Shown here piece by piece: positions 1-7,486 of a stretch of DNA of 12,375 bases. The notes beneath the pieces are model-generated. The model saw nothing but the letters and a program-made list of their open reading frames with translations. It did not search any database and was not told the origin of the DNA. Source of the DNA: Candidatus Eiseniibacteriota bacterium (GTDB lineage Bacteria; Eisenbacteria; RBG-16-71-46). The stretch's first letter is position 1. Every line of letters starts with the position of its first letter. A program made the translations under genes and the position numbers. Location of the stretch: the NCBI GenBank assembly GCA_031366795.1, contig JANLOX010000311.1, positions 1 to 12,375 on the forward strand, written 5' to 3'.

Positions 1-466
1 TGCCAAATGCATCGAGGCGCAAGCCGAATTTCTTGAACAACTGCGCGCGCCCCTCGAGATCGAAGCGCGTGGCGTGCACGCTGGGGTCGCTGACGCTGGC
101 CTGGGCAATGTGCTGGGTGGTCCGCGACTGGGATACCCGCAAGCCGGCGCCCACGCGGCCGACACCGGCCAGCGCCTGGAGCCCAAGTGCCGCGCGCGGC
201 GTCACGTTCCACTGGTAGTCGGCGAGATGGCCACCGAACTGCGCGGCGCCGGTGAGTCCGCCCACTGAAAGCCACGGTCCCGGCAACACGGCATCGACGA
301 CTGGACCGAGTGCGTGAGCGGGCGTCGCGAGACACGCGCAACAGTACGTCGCAGCGATCACGACGCGCGCGCTGGCAATCGCGCGGCGCCCGGCGGCGGG
401 CATGCGTGGCGTTGCATCCGCGCTCGTCCTGACCACGGAGCTCGTCATGTAGACGGAATGCGTCAT
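1..466 (-). CDS. Exported protein, probable outer-membrane beta-barrel (3' end runs off the window; not in the ORF track)
   Basis: Manual translation from ATG at 466, which overlaps the TGA of the upstream gene as ATGA (alternative ATG at 448): MTHSVYMTSSVVRT...VVIAATYCCACLATPAHA|LGPVVDAVLPGPWLSVGGLTGAAQFGGHLADYQWNVTPRAALGLQALAGVGRVGAGLRVSQS...RFDLEGRAQLF. The frame is open to the window edge, with an AxA signal-peptidase-like site and alternating Gly/hydrophobic strands. Confidence 0.7.
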   Translation of the reverse strand, partial: MTHSVYMTSSVVRTSADATPRMPAAGRRAIASARVVIAATYCCACLATPAHALGPVVDAVLPGPWLSVGGLTGAAQFGGHLADYQWNVTPRAALGLQALAGVGRVGAGLRVSQSRTTQHIAQASVSDPSVHATRFDLEGRAQLFKKFGLRLDAFG

Positions 467-1062
467 GGCGCCTGCGTTCCTTCGATGTAGAGTTCCAGGC
501 CGGCGGGCAGCACCTGCTGCTGGTCCGAGATGAACGGCGTGATCAGCACGGAGTCGGCGCCGCTGTCCAGCTCGATGCGCTGGCCGCTGCCCAGGTAGCA
601 CAGCAGGAACAGCCGCGAAGCGCTTGCCGAATACATCGGTGCGGTGGCGCTGAACGAAAAGTCGAGCGGCTGGATCAAGTGGTCCCAGCCGGTGACGGCG
701 CGGGCCGAACGGCCGAGCGAGCGCGAGTGGGCGAGGATCTGGTCGATGTTGCGCGCCATCTCGGTGCGCGGCACATCGGGCGACATACCGATCGCCGCGG
801 CACCCAGTGAATCGGCGACGCGAAGTTCGGCGACGGCATAACCCGTGAGCACGGAGCGGTAGGTGACACTGGCATGCAGCGTGACCGGCAGGGCTGCACC
901 CGCGGTCACGAGCTGGTGCGCGAACGGGTTCGAGTTCGCGATGTCGACGCGCGTCCAGCGCTCCTCGATTGTAGGCTTGTCGAGGCAGCCCATCACGGTC
1001 ACGCTGCCGCACAACAGCACGGCCATCGCGACACGCCGGATCGAACGGTGTGAGTGGGTCAT
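463..1062 (-). CDS. Hypothetical lipoprotein
   Basis: ORF 463..1083. The start is more likely the ATG at 1062 (GGGAG SD just upstream). Basic N-region, hydrophobic core and lipobox-like VMG|C (RRVAMAVLLCGSVTVMGCLDKP). No family recognised. Confidence 0.75.
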   Translation of the reverse strand: MTHSHRSIRRVAMAVLLCGSVTVMGCLDKPTIEERWTRVDIANSNPFAHQLVTAGAALPVTLHASVTYRSVLTGYAVAELRVADSLGAAAIGMSPDVPRTEMARNIDQILAHSRSLGRSARAVTGWDHLIQPLDFSFSATAPMYSASASRLFLLCYLGSGQRIELDSGADSVLITPFISDQQQVLPAGLELYIEGTQAP

Positions 1063-1092
1063 GAGCGGTCTCCCTGTGCTCACCCGTCCGGG

Positions 1093-2739
1093 CTAGCGGA
1101 CGAGCACCAAACGTTGGGTCAGTTCGCGGTCGCGGTCGCGCAGCCGGACGAAGTACACGCCGGGTGCCATGCGCGCGCCGCGGTCGCCCGCGCCGTCCCA
1201 CACGACTTCGTTGCGGCCCGGGGTGAAGGCTTCGTTGAAGCGGCGCACCATGCGGCCCGCCGAGTCGTACAATTTGAGCGAGGCGTTCGCGGCGCCGGCC
1301 AGGGGCAGCACGAAGGCGATGCGCGTTGAGGCCACGATCGGGTTCGGCGTGCCGCCGATCAGCATGGCCATCGCCGGCAATCCAGCGGTGCCGCCGCTGA
1401 CACGGAACGCCGTGCTCGCGGTGGCGGTGGGGCCATCGGCATAACGTGAGGCTGCGGTGAGCCGCAGGATCACGTCGCCCGATCCGGCGACGGCCGCGAG
1501 ATCGCTCCCGGTGATCGCCACGGAGTGGGCGCCCGCGGACATCGTCCCGGCCGAGCGGTGGAGCAGCGAGGCACCTGACTTCGCATCGACGAACTCGAGG
1601 CTCACCTGCGCGGGGTCCGTCAGCGTGAAGCGCGCCGCCGGGGTCTTGCCCTCGGTAACCGCCAGGTCCGCGACGTCGACGCCGAGGTTCCACTGGCGCA
1701 CGCCGCTCGCATCGCCCCACTGCTCGAGCGAGACCGCGACCGGCCGCCCGCTGCGCGTGACGGTGTTGTCGCGATGGTCGCGCACGGTGAAGAACGGCAC
1801 GCGGAAGCTGCGCGGACGCGCAAGGTCGCCGCGCAATTCGGCGAGCGGCGCCATGTCGGCGCCGAACTTCTTGATCACGCCCCGGTTGGGTGCTGCCGCA
1901 TACAGGTTGCCCCACTGGTCGGCGTCGAGCGAGGTGACGACATCCGCGTCGCTCTTGGCGTCCGCGACCCAGACGAGGCTCGTGCCGGAGTTGTGTAGTT
2001 GAACGATGCGCTGCGTGTGGGCGTCGGCCACGAACACATCCATGGTGCTGGCCCCTTCCGAACGGCCGGCGGTCAATGCCATCGGCCCCGCGAAGTGGCC
2101 CACGCCGCTACCGAGGTCGCCGATCGTCGAAACCAGACGGGCACCCGTGGGTTCCAGCGCGTAGGCCAGCACGCGGCTCTTGCCGGTGTCGGCGACATAC
2201 AGCCAGTCGTCGCCGCTGACGAACGGCGTGCCGCCGTCGGAATAGCTCACATCGTAGGGCTGGCTCAGTCCCTTCACTTCGAACACCGGCTTCAGCGTGA
2301 TCTCGCCGAACTCGGTGCTGGCCTGCAGCACGAGCACGCGGTCGTTGCCGGTGTCGGCGACATAGACGTGGTTCGCTTCATCGACGCTCATGCCGCGCGG
2401 GTTCGACAGCGCGCCGAACGTCTGGCCCTGGCCGTCGTAGGCGCGCAGTGTGCGGCCCATCTCGCCGAACACCAGGCGGTTCCACCTGGGATCCGAGACG
2501 ATCTGGAACGTGCGCGTCTCGACGTAGGGGAACACGCTGTAGACATCGGTGCTGCCCAGCGTCACCGTCGCATAAGGGTCTGCAAACAGGTCGCGTCCGA
2601 CCTGCTGGCGCGAGACACCGCGGGTCAGCGCATCGAGTCCCCAATCGGGCGCGATGCGGGTAGGCGCAAACGTCGCGGCACGGGTGGCTGCAGAGGTCAC
2701 CATGGAGAGACTGAGAGTCAGCAGCAGGGCACGTCGCAC
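1093..2739 (-). CDS. Secreted NHL-repeat beta-propeller protein with C-terminal FlgD-Ig/T9SS-type-A-like domain
   Basis: GTG at 2739 follows a GAGGAG SD; signal peptide VRRALLLTLSLSMVTSAATRA. NHL-like repeats LSNPRGMSVDEANHVYVADTGNDRV, LSQPYDV...LYVADTGKSRV, FAGPMAL...VFVADAHTQRI and DQWGNLYAA. C-terminus PNP...TRIAF...LKLYDSAGRMVR...VVWDG...GVYFVRL...TQRLVLVR is typical of FlgD-Ig. Confidence 0.85.
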   Translation of the reverse strand: MRRALLLTLSLSMVTSAATRAATFAPTRIAPDWGLDALTRGVSRQQVGRDLFADPYATVTLGSTDVYSVFPYVETRTFQIVSDPRWNRLVFGEMGRTLRAYDGQGQTFGALSNPRGMSVDEANHVYVADTGNDRVLVLQASTEFGEITLKPVFEVKGLSQPYDVSYSDGGTPFVSGDDWLYVADTGKSRVLAYALEPTGARLVSTIGDLGSGVGHFAGPMALTAGRSEGASTMDVFVADAHTQRIVQLHNSGTSLVWVADAKSDADVVTSLDADQWGNLYAAAPNRGVIKKFGADMAPLAELRGDLARPRSFRVPFFTVRDHRDNTVTRSGRPVAVSLEQWGDASGVRQWNLGVDVADLAVTEGKTPAARFTLTDPAQVSLEFVDAKSGASLLHRSAGTMSAGAHSVAITGSDLAAVAGSGDVILRLTAASRYADGPTATASTAFRVSGGTAGLPAMAMLIGGTPNPIVASTRIAFVLPLAGAANASLKLYDSAGRMVRRFNEAFTPGRNEVVWDGAGDRGARMAPGVYFVRLRDRDRELTQRLVLVR

Positions 2740-2768
2740 AGGCAGCTCCTCTTTCGGCACCTGCTCGG

Positions 2769-3905
2769 CTAGAAACGGAAGTCGATCCCCGTTTCGAGAA
2801 TGTCCGCCGAGTAGTTGGTGTTGTTGAAGTAGCGCTCGTAGTCGAACGTCAGGTTGAAGTTCCGCAGGACACGCTTCTCAGCGGCGAGTTGCCCGAGGTC
2901 GAAATTCAAAGTGACGCCGAACAGGTGTGAGGACAGTGGTCCCAGCCGGTAGTCGCCTGTCAGGTAGCCATCAATGCCGCTGGTCGTCGCATATTCGGGC
3001 CGGTAGAAGTCGGCCGCGGACTGCGTGTAGAAGCGGTACTGGTACTGGGCGAACAGCCCATGCGTGAGGTACTGGCTCAACTGGGTGCTGGTCTCGTGCG
3101 ACAGCACGCCCCAGTCGTCGGTGTAGAAGCGGTAGTCGAGCTTGAGGCTCGAGCGGTTCGGCAGGTACTGGTTGATCTTCACAAACGCATCGCGGCGGTC
3201 GCGGCGGCGCGGGTGGTTCTCCGGCACGCTGCTGCCCCCGGCATACACACGCCGGTAAGGGTTGTGCTGCAGCCCATCGACGATGTTGTCCTCAACGCCC
3301 AGCCGCAGCATCGTGGTGGAGGTCAGGATCTGGGTCGCCACCGCGTTCAGGTGCAGCGTCGTCTTGCGATCGCCGCCCGAGCGCGTGTTGTCGTTCGCCA
3401 GCGGCTCGATGTCATCCCAGCCGTAGCTGGTGCCGACGGAAAGATTGAGCTGGTCGTTGCGCAGGTCGCGGTTGAACGATCCGCCGAGCTGGCGGGCGAG
3501 GTAGTCGCTCTCGATCGAGTGGTAGTAGTTGAGCGCCGCACCGCCGCGCGTCATCGAGCCTTCGAATTCATTGCGTGTCTTGGTGAAGTCCTGGAAGGCG
3601 TTGCCGCGAATCGGCCGGCTCGCGGTGGTGATGGCGTCGACCGCTTCCTGGCTGCCCGCGGGTGCTTCGATGCCAGGCACCGTCACGCGCTCGTTATTCC
3701 AGTGCAGCATCAGCCCGCCCTTGTCGCCCATGGGCAGCGAGACGTCCTGGATGAACGAGCGCACCAGCACATGCTTCGAGTCCACGAACATGCGCATCAG
3801 CCCATTGGCGGCCTGCGGATCGCTCGAGTCCGCGGCAGCGCAGGGCGCGGCCACGGCAGCGCACAGGCCGAGGGCGACGAGACTCGAGGCGCGCCAGCGG
3901 TTCAT
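2769..3905 (-). CDS. DUF3570-family outer-membrane beta-barrel protein
   Basis: Real start is the ATG at 3905 (ATGA overlap with the DUF4266 stop). Signal peptide MNRWRASSLVALGLCAAVAAPCAAA; family-like motifs VDAITTAS, SIESDYLA, GLQHNPYR, ENHPRRRDR, YRFYTDDWGV, YRFYTQSAADFY and TGDYRLGP; terminal Phe (GIDFRF). Context next to DUF4266, TlpA and apbE fits. Confidence 0.85.
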   Translation of the reverse strand: MNRWRASSLVALGLCAAVAAPCAAADSSDPQAANGLMRMFVDSKHVLVRSFIQDVSLPMGDKGGLMLHWNNERVTVPGIEAPAGSQEAVDAITTASRPIRGNAFQDFTKTRNEFEGSMTRGGAALNYYHSIESDYLARQLGGSFNRDLRNDQLNLSVGTSYGWDDIEPLANDNTRSGGDRKTTLHLNAVATQILTSTTMLRLGVEDNIVDGLQHNPYRRVYAGGSSVPENHPRRRDRRDAFVKINQYLPNRSSLKLDYRFYTDDWGVLSHETSTQLSQYLTHGLFAQYQYRFYTQSAADFYRPEYATTSGIDGYLTGDYRLGPLSSHLFGVTLNFDLGQLAAEKRVLRNFNLTFDYERYFNNTNYSADILETGIDFRF

Positions 3906-4207
3906 TTGCACGCGCAACCTCCGCCCTCGCCGCCGTTGCCGCCGGTCGATCCTTCGCGCGCCTCGAACGCCTTGGTGCGGCGCGCTTGGCGCTTGGCCTC
4001 CTGCTTGAACGACATGATCGGGTCGGCGAGGTTCTCGCGCTGGTAGGCCTGCACCGAATGCGCGGCGCAACCGCTTCCGCCCGCGAGTATCACCGCCAAC
4101 GCCGCGCCCATCGCGAGGCGGCGCAGCAACGCCATCGCGCGCGGCGCGTTCCGTGCCCACGCGGCGTTGCGCGCGGGGGATGTGCTCCGTTCGCGCGGAG
4201 CGCTCAT
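3902..4207 (-). CDS. DUF4266-family small lipoprotein
   Basis: ATG at 4207 overlaps the TlpA stop (ATGA); a later Met start is possible. Lipoprotein-like signal ...AVILAGGSG|C, then VQAYQRENLADPIMSF...REGSTGGNGGEGGGCACK, matching the DUF4266 pattern ending in GGGCxC. Confidence 0.88.
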   Translation of the reverse strand: MSAPRERSTSPARNAAWARNAPRAMALLRRLAMGAALAVILAGGSGCAAHSVQAYQRENLADPIMSFKQEAKRQARRTKAFEAREGSTGGNGGEGGGCACK

Positions 4208-4827
4208 CGTCCGCTCCCCGCATCCGCGTCGGCCGCGGCGGGCGTCGCCTGCGCGCTCGATTGGCGCACTTCCGTCGCGACCGCGGCCAGCCCCTGCGCG
4301 TCCGAGCGGCTGGTGGTGTAGATGATGTGGCCGGCGCGATCGAGCACCAGGGTCAGCGGAACGCGCTTCAAGTCGAGTGCGCGCGCCAGCCCGTTTGGCC
4401 CATCGTGCGCCACCGTCACCGACACGCCCTGCGCGTGGCAGAAGCGGCGGGCGTTCTCGATGTCCTGGTCGATCGACACCGCGACGACGCGCGAGCCCGA
4501 CGCCGACAGCTCCGTCTGGAGATTGCCCAGACGCGGCAGTTCCCGGCGGCACGGCGCGCACCAGCTGGCCCAGAAGTTCACCACCACGACTTCACCCTGC
4601 ATCGATCCCAGCGTCACGGTCTTGCCGTCGAGCGTATGCAGCGCATGCTCGCGCAAGGCGCGTTCGGCCTGCTCGGTGCTGACGCCCAGCCCCGAGATGG
4701 AACCCGCCGCAGCGGGCGTGGCCAACGCAAGGCCCAGCACACCCGCAAGCAACACGCGCGACCAGTTGGGTCGCGTCGGTCGCCCGGCGGGAGAGGAGGC
4801 ACGAACATCCCTGTATGTGAGCGTCAT
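4204..4827 (-). CDS. TlpA/ResA-family thiol-disulfide oxidoreductase (exported)
   Basis: ATG at 4827 with a GGGAG SD; signal/TM segment VLLAGVLGLALATPAAA; LDGKTVTL..QGEVVVVNFWASWCAPCRRELP (CxxC), VVAVSID and the cis-Pro loop VPLTLVLDRAG. Confidence 0.93.
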   Translation of the reverse strand: MTLTYRDVRASSPAGRPTRPNWSRVLLAGVLGLALATPAAAGSISGLGVSTEQAERALREHALHTLDGKTVTLGSMQGEVVVVNFWASWCAPCRRELPRLGNLQTELSASGSRVVAVSIDQDIENARRFCHAQGVSVTVAHDGPNGLARALDLKRVPLTLVLDRAGHIIYTTSRSDAQGLAAVATEVRQSSAQATPAAADADAGSGR

Positions 4828-4841
4828 GTTTTGCGAGCTCC

Positions 4842-6833
4842 CTAGTTGCGGTACTGGGCGCCGAGTAGCACCCACAGGTTGAACTTCCGCTGTTCCTGCG
4901 GCGTCAGCGCGGTCGTCGAATCGGATGCAGCCGGGTGCGAACCGAGTCCTGCATGCGTGCCCAGGCCCATCACGTAGTCGATCAGCCTGGAGCGTCGCGG
5001 GAACGGCGGGTCGGTGACGTTGGTGCCGTGCATGCCCATCATCTCGCCCGACAGGTTCACGTAAGCGCGAGGGAAGATGCGCATGCGCACGGTGTCGGGC
5101 ACGGCGGTCAGGTCGAGGTTGCCGGGCGCGGCGGTCGTGTCGGTGCCGACGATCGTGGTGTGGTGACAGCTCACGCACTTGGCGTTGACGATTGGCCCGA
5201 TGTCGTTCAGGTAGTCGATCTTCATCCAGTTCGCCGCGGCAATGTTCAAGTCGACCGGCGCATGCGTCGCCGCCATCGGGTTCGGGTTTGTCACCACCGG
5301 CCCGCCGACGTGGCGGTCCTCGTGACAGCCGACGCAACGGTTGAACTCCTCGCCCGGGCGAACCGCGAGATGGGTGCGCTTGACGACGAAGCCGCGGCCG
5401 AACGGGTCAAGCGTGGCGAAGCTGATCGGCGTGTCCGCCGGAACCTTGATGCGGAACGAACCGTCGGACTCGACGGGGGCGAAGCCGATGATGCGGCGGC
5501 GTTCGAAGTCATTCGCCGAGAAGTCATTCGCATCGCCGGGGCGCGTCGGGATCGAGGCGATGACGGCGATGCTGTCGATCGCATCGACGCCCTTGACCGG
5601 GATCTCCTGGCCGTCGTTCGTGCCGCGATTGAAAATATCCTGCGCGAGGAACACGCCGTAGTCCTTGGTGTGATCGACCGTCGAGGGGATGATCGGCGGC
5701 TTGGCGTGCGGCGCCAGCAGCTGGGCGTCGTACTCCTGCGTGTTCGGGTCGTTGTAGAGGAACGTCAGGTTCGCGACGGTGAAGGTCGCGGGGTCAGCCA
5801 CCGTGCCGCCACCCGACTGCGTCAGGCTGAAGGTGTAGAGCCCGTAATCGGCGTCGGCATCCGTCGCCGCCGGCAGCGTGTAGGAGGCGACGTACTTGTT
5901 ACCGCCCAGCGGCCGCGGGTACTTGAAGGCGCCATAGGCCCACGGCATGCCGTCGGTGTTGACCTGCGGCGTCAGGCGGTTCCAGTGCAGGTCGTCGCCG
6001 CCCTGGGCGGGATCCGCGGGGCCCTGTTCCAGTTTGAGCACCGCCAGCGGGCCCGCGTCACCCTCGACGCGCGTCGACTCGATCGCGATCACCCGGCCAT
6101 CCGGCGTCGGCACGGCGTGGAAGAAGTTGCGGTCGTGCGGCCCAAAGAAGTGGAAGGTGCCCGTGCCGTCAGGGTTCGTGAAGAACAGCGGGAAGCGGTT
6201 GAAGTTGCCGAAGTGCTCCCAACGCGTGTAGGCGATGCGGCCATCGGGCAGCAGTTCGGGATCGAAGTCATCGCTCTGGTTGAAGCTGATGCGCTCGATG
6301 TGGCTGCCGTCGGCGTCGCAGGTGTACAGGTGCTCCGAGCGGGCGTGGTTGTACTCGTCCATCTCGTTGTCGCGCGAGCTGGTGAACAGCACGCGGCCAT
6401 CCGGCAGGTAGAGCGGGTCAAAGTCGTCGCCGCCGCCGCTGGTGACCTGGTGCAGCCCCGTGCCGTCGGCCCCGATCTCGTAGATGTTGTGGTTCCCGCC
6501 ACCCGAGGGCCGCATCGAGAACATGATGCTCTTGCCGTCGAACGACACCGCGGGATCCGACACCGCAGCACCGGTGAAGTTGGTGATCGGCGTGACGATA
6601 CCGTCGGGCGCGATCGGCGAGAGCTTGAACAGGTTGGCGGGCGCGTTCGTGCGGTTGAGCGTCTCGGTGGCCGTGGACTTCACGAACACGAGCGCGTCGG
6701 TGGTCGGTTCTTCCTGGATCAGGTCGGCCGGGGCGCTCTGCATGCAACCGGTCACGGCGAACTGCAGCGCGAGCGCTGCGGTCAGCGATGGTACAAACAT
6801 TCTGGAGGCGCGGTGCGCGGGAGGTTTGAGCAT
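4842..6833 (-). CDS. HzsA-related (hydrazine synthase alpha-like) diheme c-type lipoprotein: TolB/PD40 beta-propeller, HZS-alpha middle domain and cytochrome c domain
   Basis: Start at ATG 6833, or at in-frame GTG 6872 overlapping the upstream stop; lipobox FAVTG|C. PD40-like repeats DPAVSFDGKSIMFS, DDFDPLYLPDGRVLFTS and DDFDPELLPDGRIAYTRWEH. HZS-alpha middle signature IGFAPVESDGSFRIKVPADTPISFATLD..G...VRPGE...CVGCHE. Heme motifs CVGCH (5322-5336) and CVSCH (5163-5177). Confidence 0.88.
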   Translation of the reverse strand: MLKPPAHRASRMFVPSLTAALALQFAVTGCMQSAPADLIQEEPTTDALVFVKSTATETLNRTNAPANLFKLSPIAPDGIVTPITNFTGAAVSDPAVSFDGKSIMFSMRPSGGGNHNIYEIGADGTGLHQVTSGGGDDFDPLYLPDGRVLFTSSRDNEMDEYNHARSEHLYTCDADGSHIERISFNQSDDFDPELLPDGRIAYTRWEHFGNFNRFPLFFTNPDGTGTFHFFGPHDRNFFHAVPTPDGRVIAIESTRVEGDAGPLAVLKLEQGPADPAQGGDDLHWNRLTPQVNTDGMPWAYGAFKYPRPLGGNKYVASYTLPAATDADADYGLYTFSLTQSGGGTVADPATFTVANLTFLYNDPNTQEYDAQLLAPHAKPPIIPSTVDHTKDYGVFLAQDIFNRGTNDGQEIPVKGVDAIDSIAVIASIPTRPGDANDFSANDFERRRIIGFAPVESDGSFRIKVPADTPISFATLDPFGRGFVVKRTHLAVRPGEEFNRCVGCHEDRHVGGPVVTNPNPMAATHAPVDLNIAAANWMKIDYLNDIGPIVNAKCVSCHHTTIVGTDTTAAPGNLDLTAVPDTVRMRIFPRAYVNLSGEMMGMHGTNVTDPPFPRRSRLIDYVMGLGTHAGLGSHPAASDSTTALTPQEQRKFNLWVLLGAQYRN

Positions 6834-6868
6834 GATGGTGCGGTGCCCTCGGGTCACGGTGGCGCAGG

Positions 6869-7486
6869 TCACGGTTTGAGCGTGCGATAGAAGACCAGGG
6901 CAATCGTCTCTTCGCGGTAGTCGTACGCGACGAGCCCCTGGCGGTACTGCTGCCTTCCGATGACCGTCATGCCGAGCATCTCGGCGCGAAGCGCGAGATC
7001 GCCACGGACAAAGAATTCGACTCCGCCGCCGTAGGTGAGCGCGTTCTTCGTCACCGGGTCGGCGTTGATGGAGCGGCCTGGCAGCACGACGGTCATGCCG
7101 TAGCCGGTGGTCGCGTAAGGCTGGAAGCGCCCCGGCAGCGGCTTGCGCACCACGGCGCTGAAGCGGTGCACGATGGCCTGCACGGCCTGGCTCGGGTTGT
7201 GGCCGATCACGGCTTCGTAGCCGAGCCATGAGTTGGGGTAGTAGCTCGCGCGCAATTCGAACAGGCGTTCGGAGCCGAGCCGACCGAATCCGGGACTGAC
7301 CGTGAAGCGGTGGAGATAGGGGCGGACACCGCTCTCGAGCCGGTAGGGATTGGCCGCGAGTGAAGGGACCAGGTGCTCGAGCCCGTCTGCTGCCACGTCC
7401 GAGGCGCGCGCCACCGCGGGGCGCGACAGCGCCGCGATCACGAGCGTCAGCAGTGCGGCGTGTTGCCAGTGACGCTTCGGGTTCAT
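6869..7486 (-). CDS. Small outer-membrane beta-barrel domain protein (OmpA/OmpW-like size)
   Basis: ATG at 7486 (ATGA overlap); signal peptide ending AVARA. Amphipathic strands FTVSPGFG, ELRASYY, WLGYEAVIG, FQPYATTGYG, LTYGGGVEFFV and LALRAEM; the PY...GxG and GGGVxF patterns are typical of 8-stranded barrels. Confidence 0.8.
   Translation of the reverse strand: MNPKRHWQHAALLTLVIAALSRPAVARASDVAADGLEHLVPSLAANPYRLESGVRPYLHRFTVSPGFGRLGSERLFELRASYYPNSWLGYEAVIGHNPSQAVQAIVHRFSAVVRKPLPGRFQPYATTGYGMTVVLPGRSINADPVTKNALTYGGGVEFFVRGDLALRAEMLGMTVIGRQQYRQGLVAYDYREETIALVFYRTLKP

Noticed and set aside
3902..3905. Selenocysteine readthrough of the TGA after GGGCACK
   Set aside because: The TGA is part of an ATGA coupling with the next gene, matches the normal DUF4266 end, and is not at a Cys-equivalent position.
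6237..6430. Repeated DDFDP..LPDGR segments as a DNA repeat
   Set aside because: Ordinary PD40/TolB propeller blades within the protein.
4842..6833. Anammox hydrazine synthase (hzsA) call
   Set aside because: No hzsB/hzsC or hao-like genes in the window, the protein has a lipobox, and HZS-alpha-like domains occur widely outside anammox bacteria.
4935..6890. 651-aa plus-strand ORF, and similar ones such as 3060..4046 and 1999..2772
   Set aside because: Antisense shadows of real minus-strand genes in GC-rich DNA; Arg/Val/Gly-rich with no motifs.
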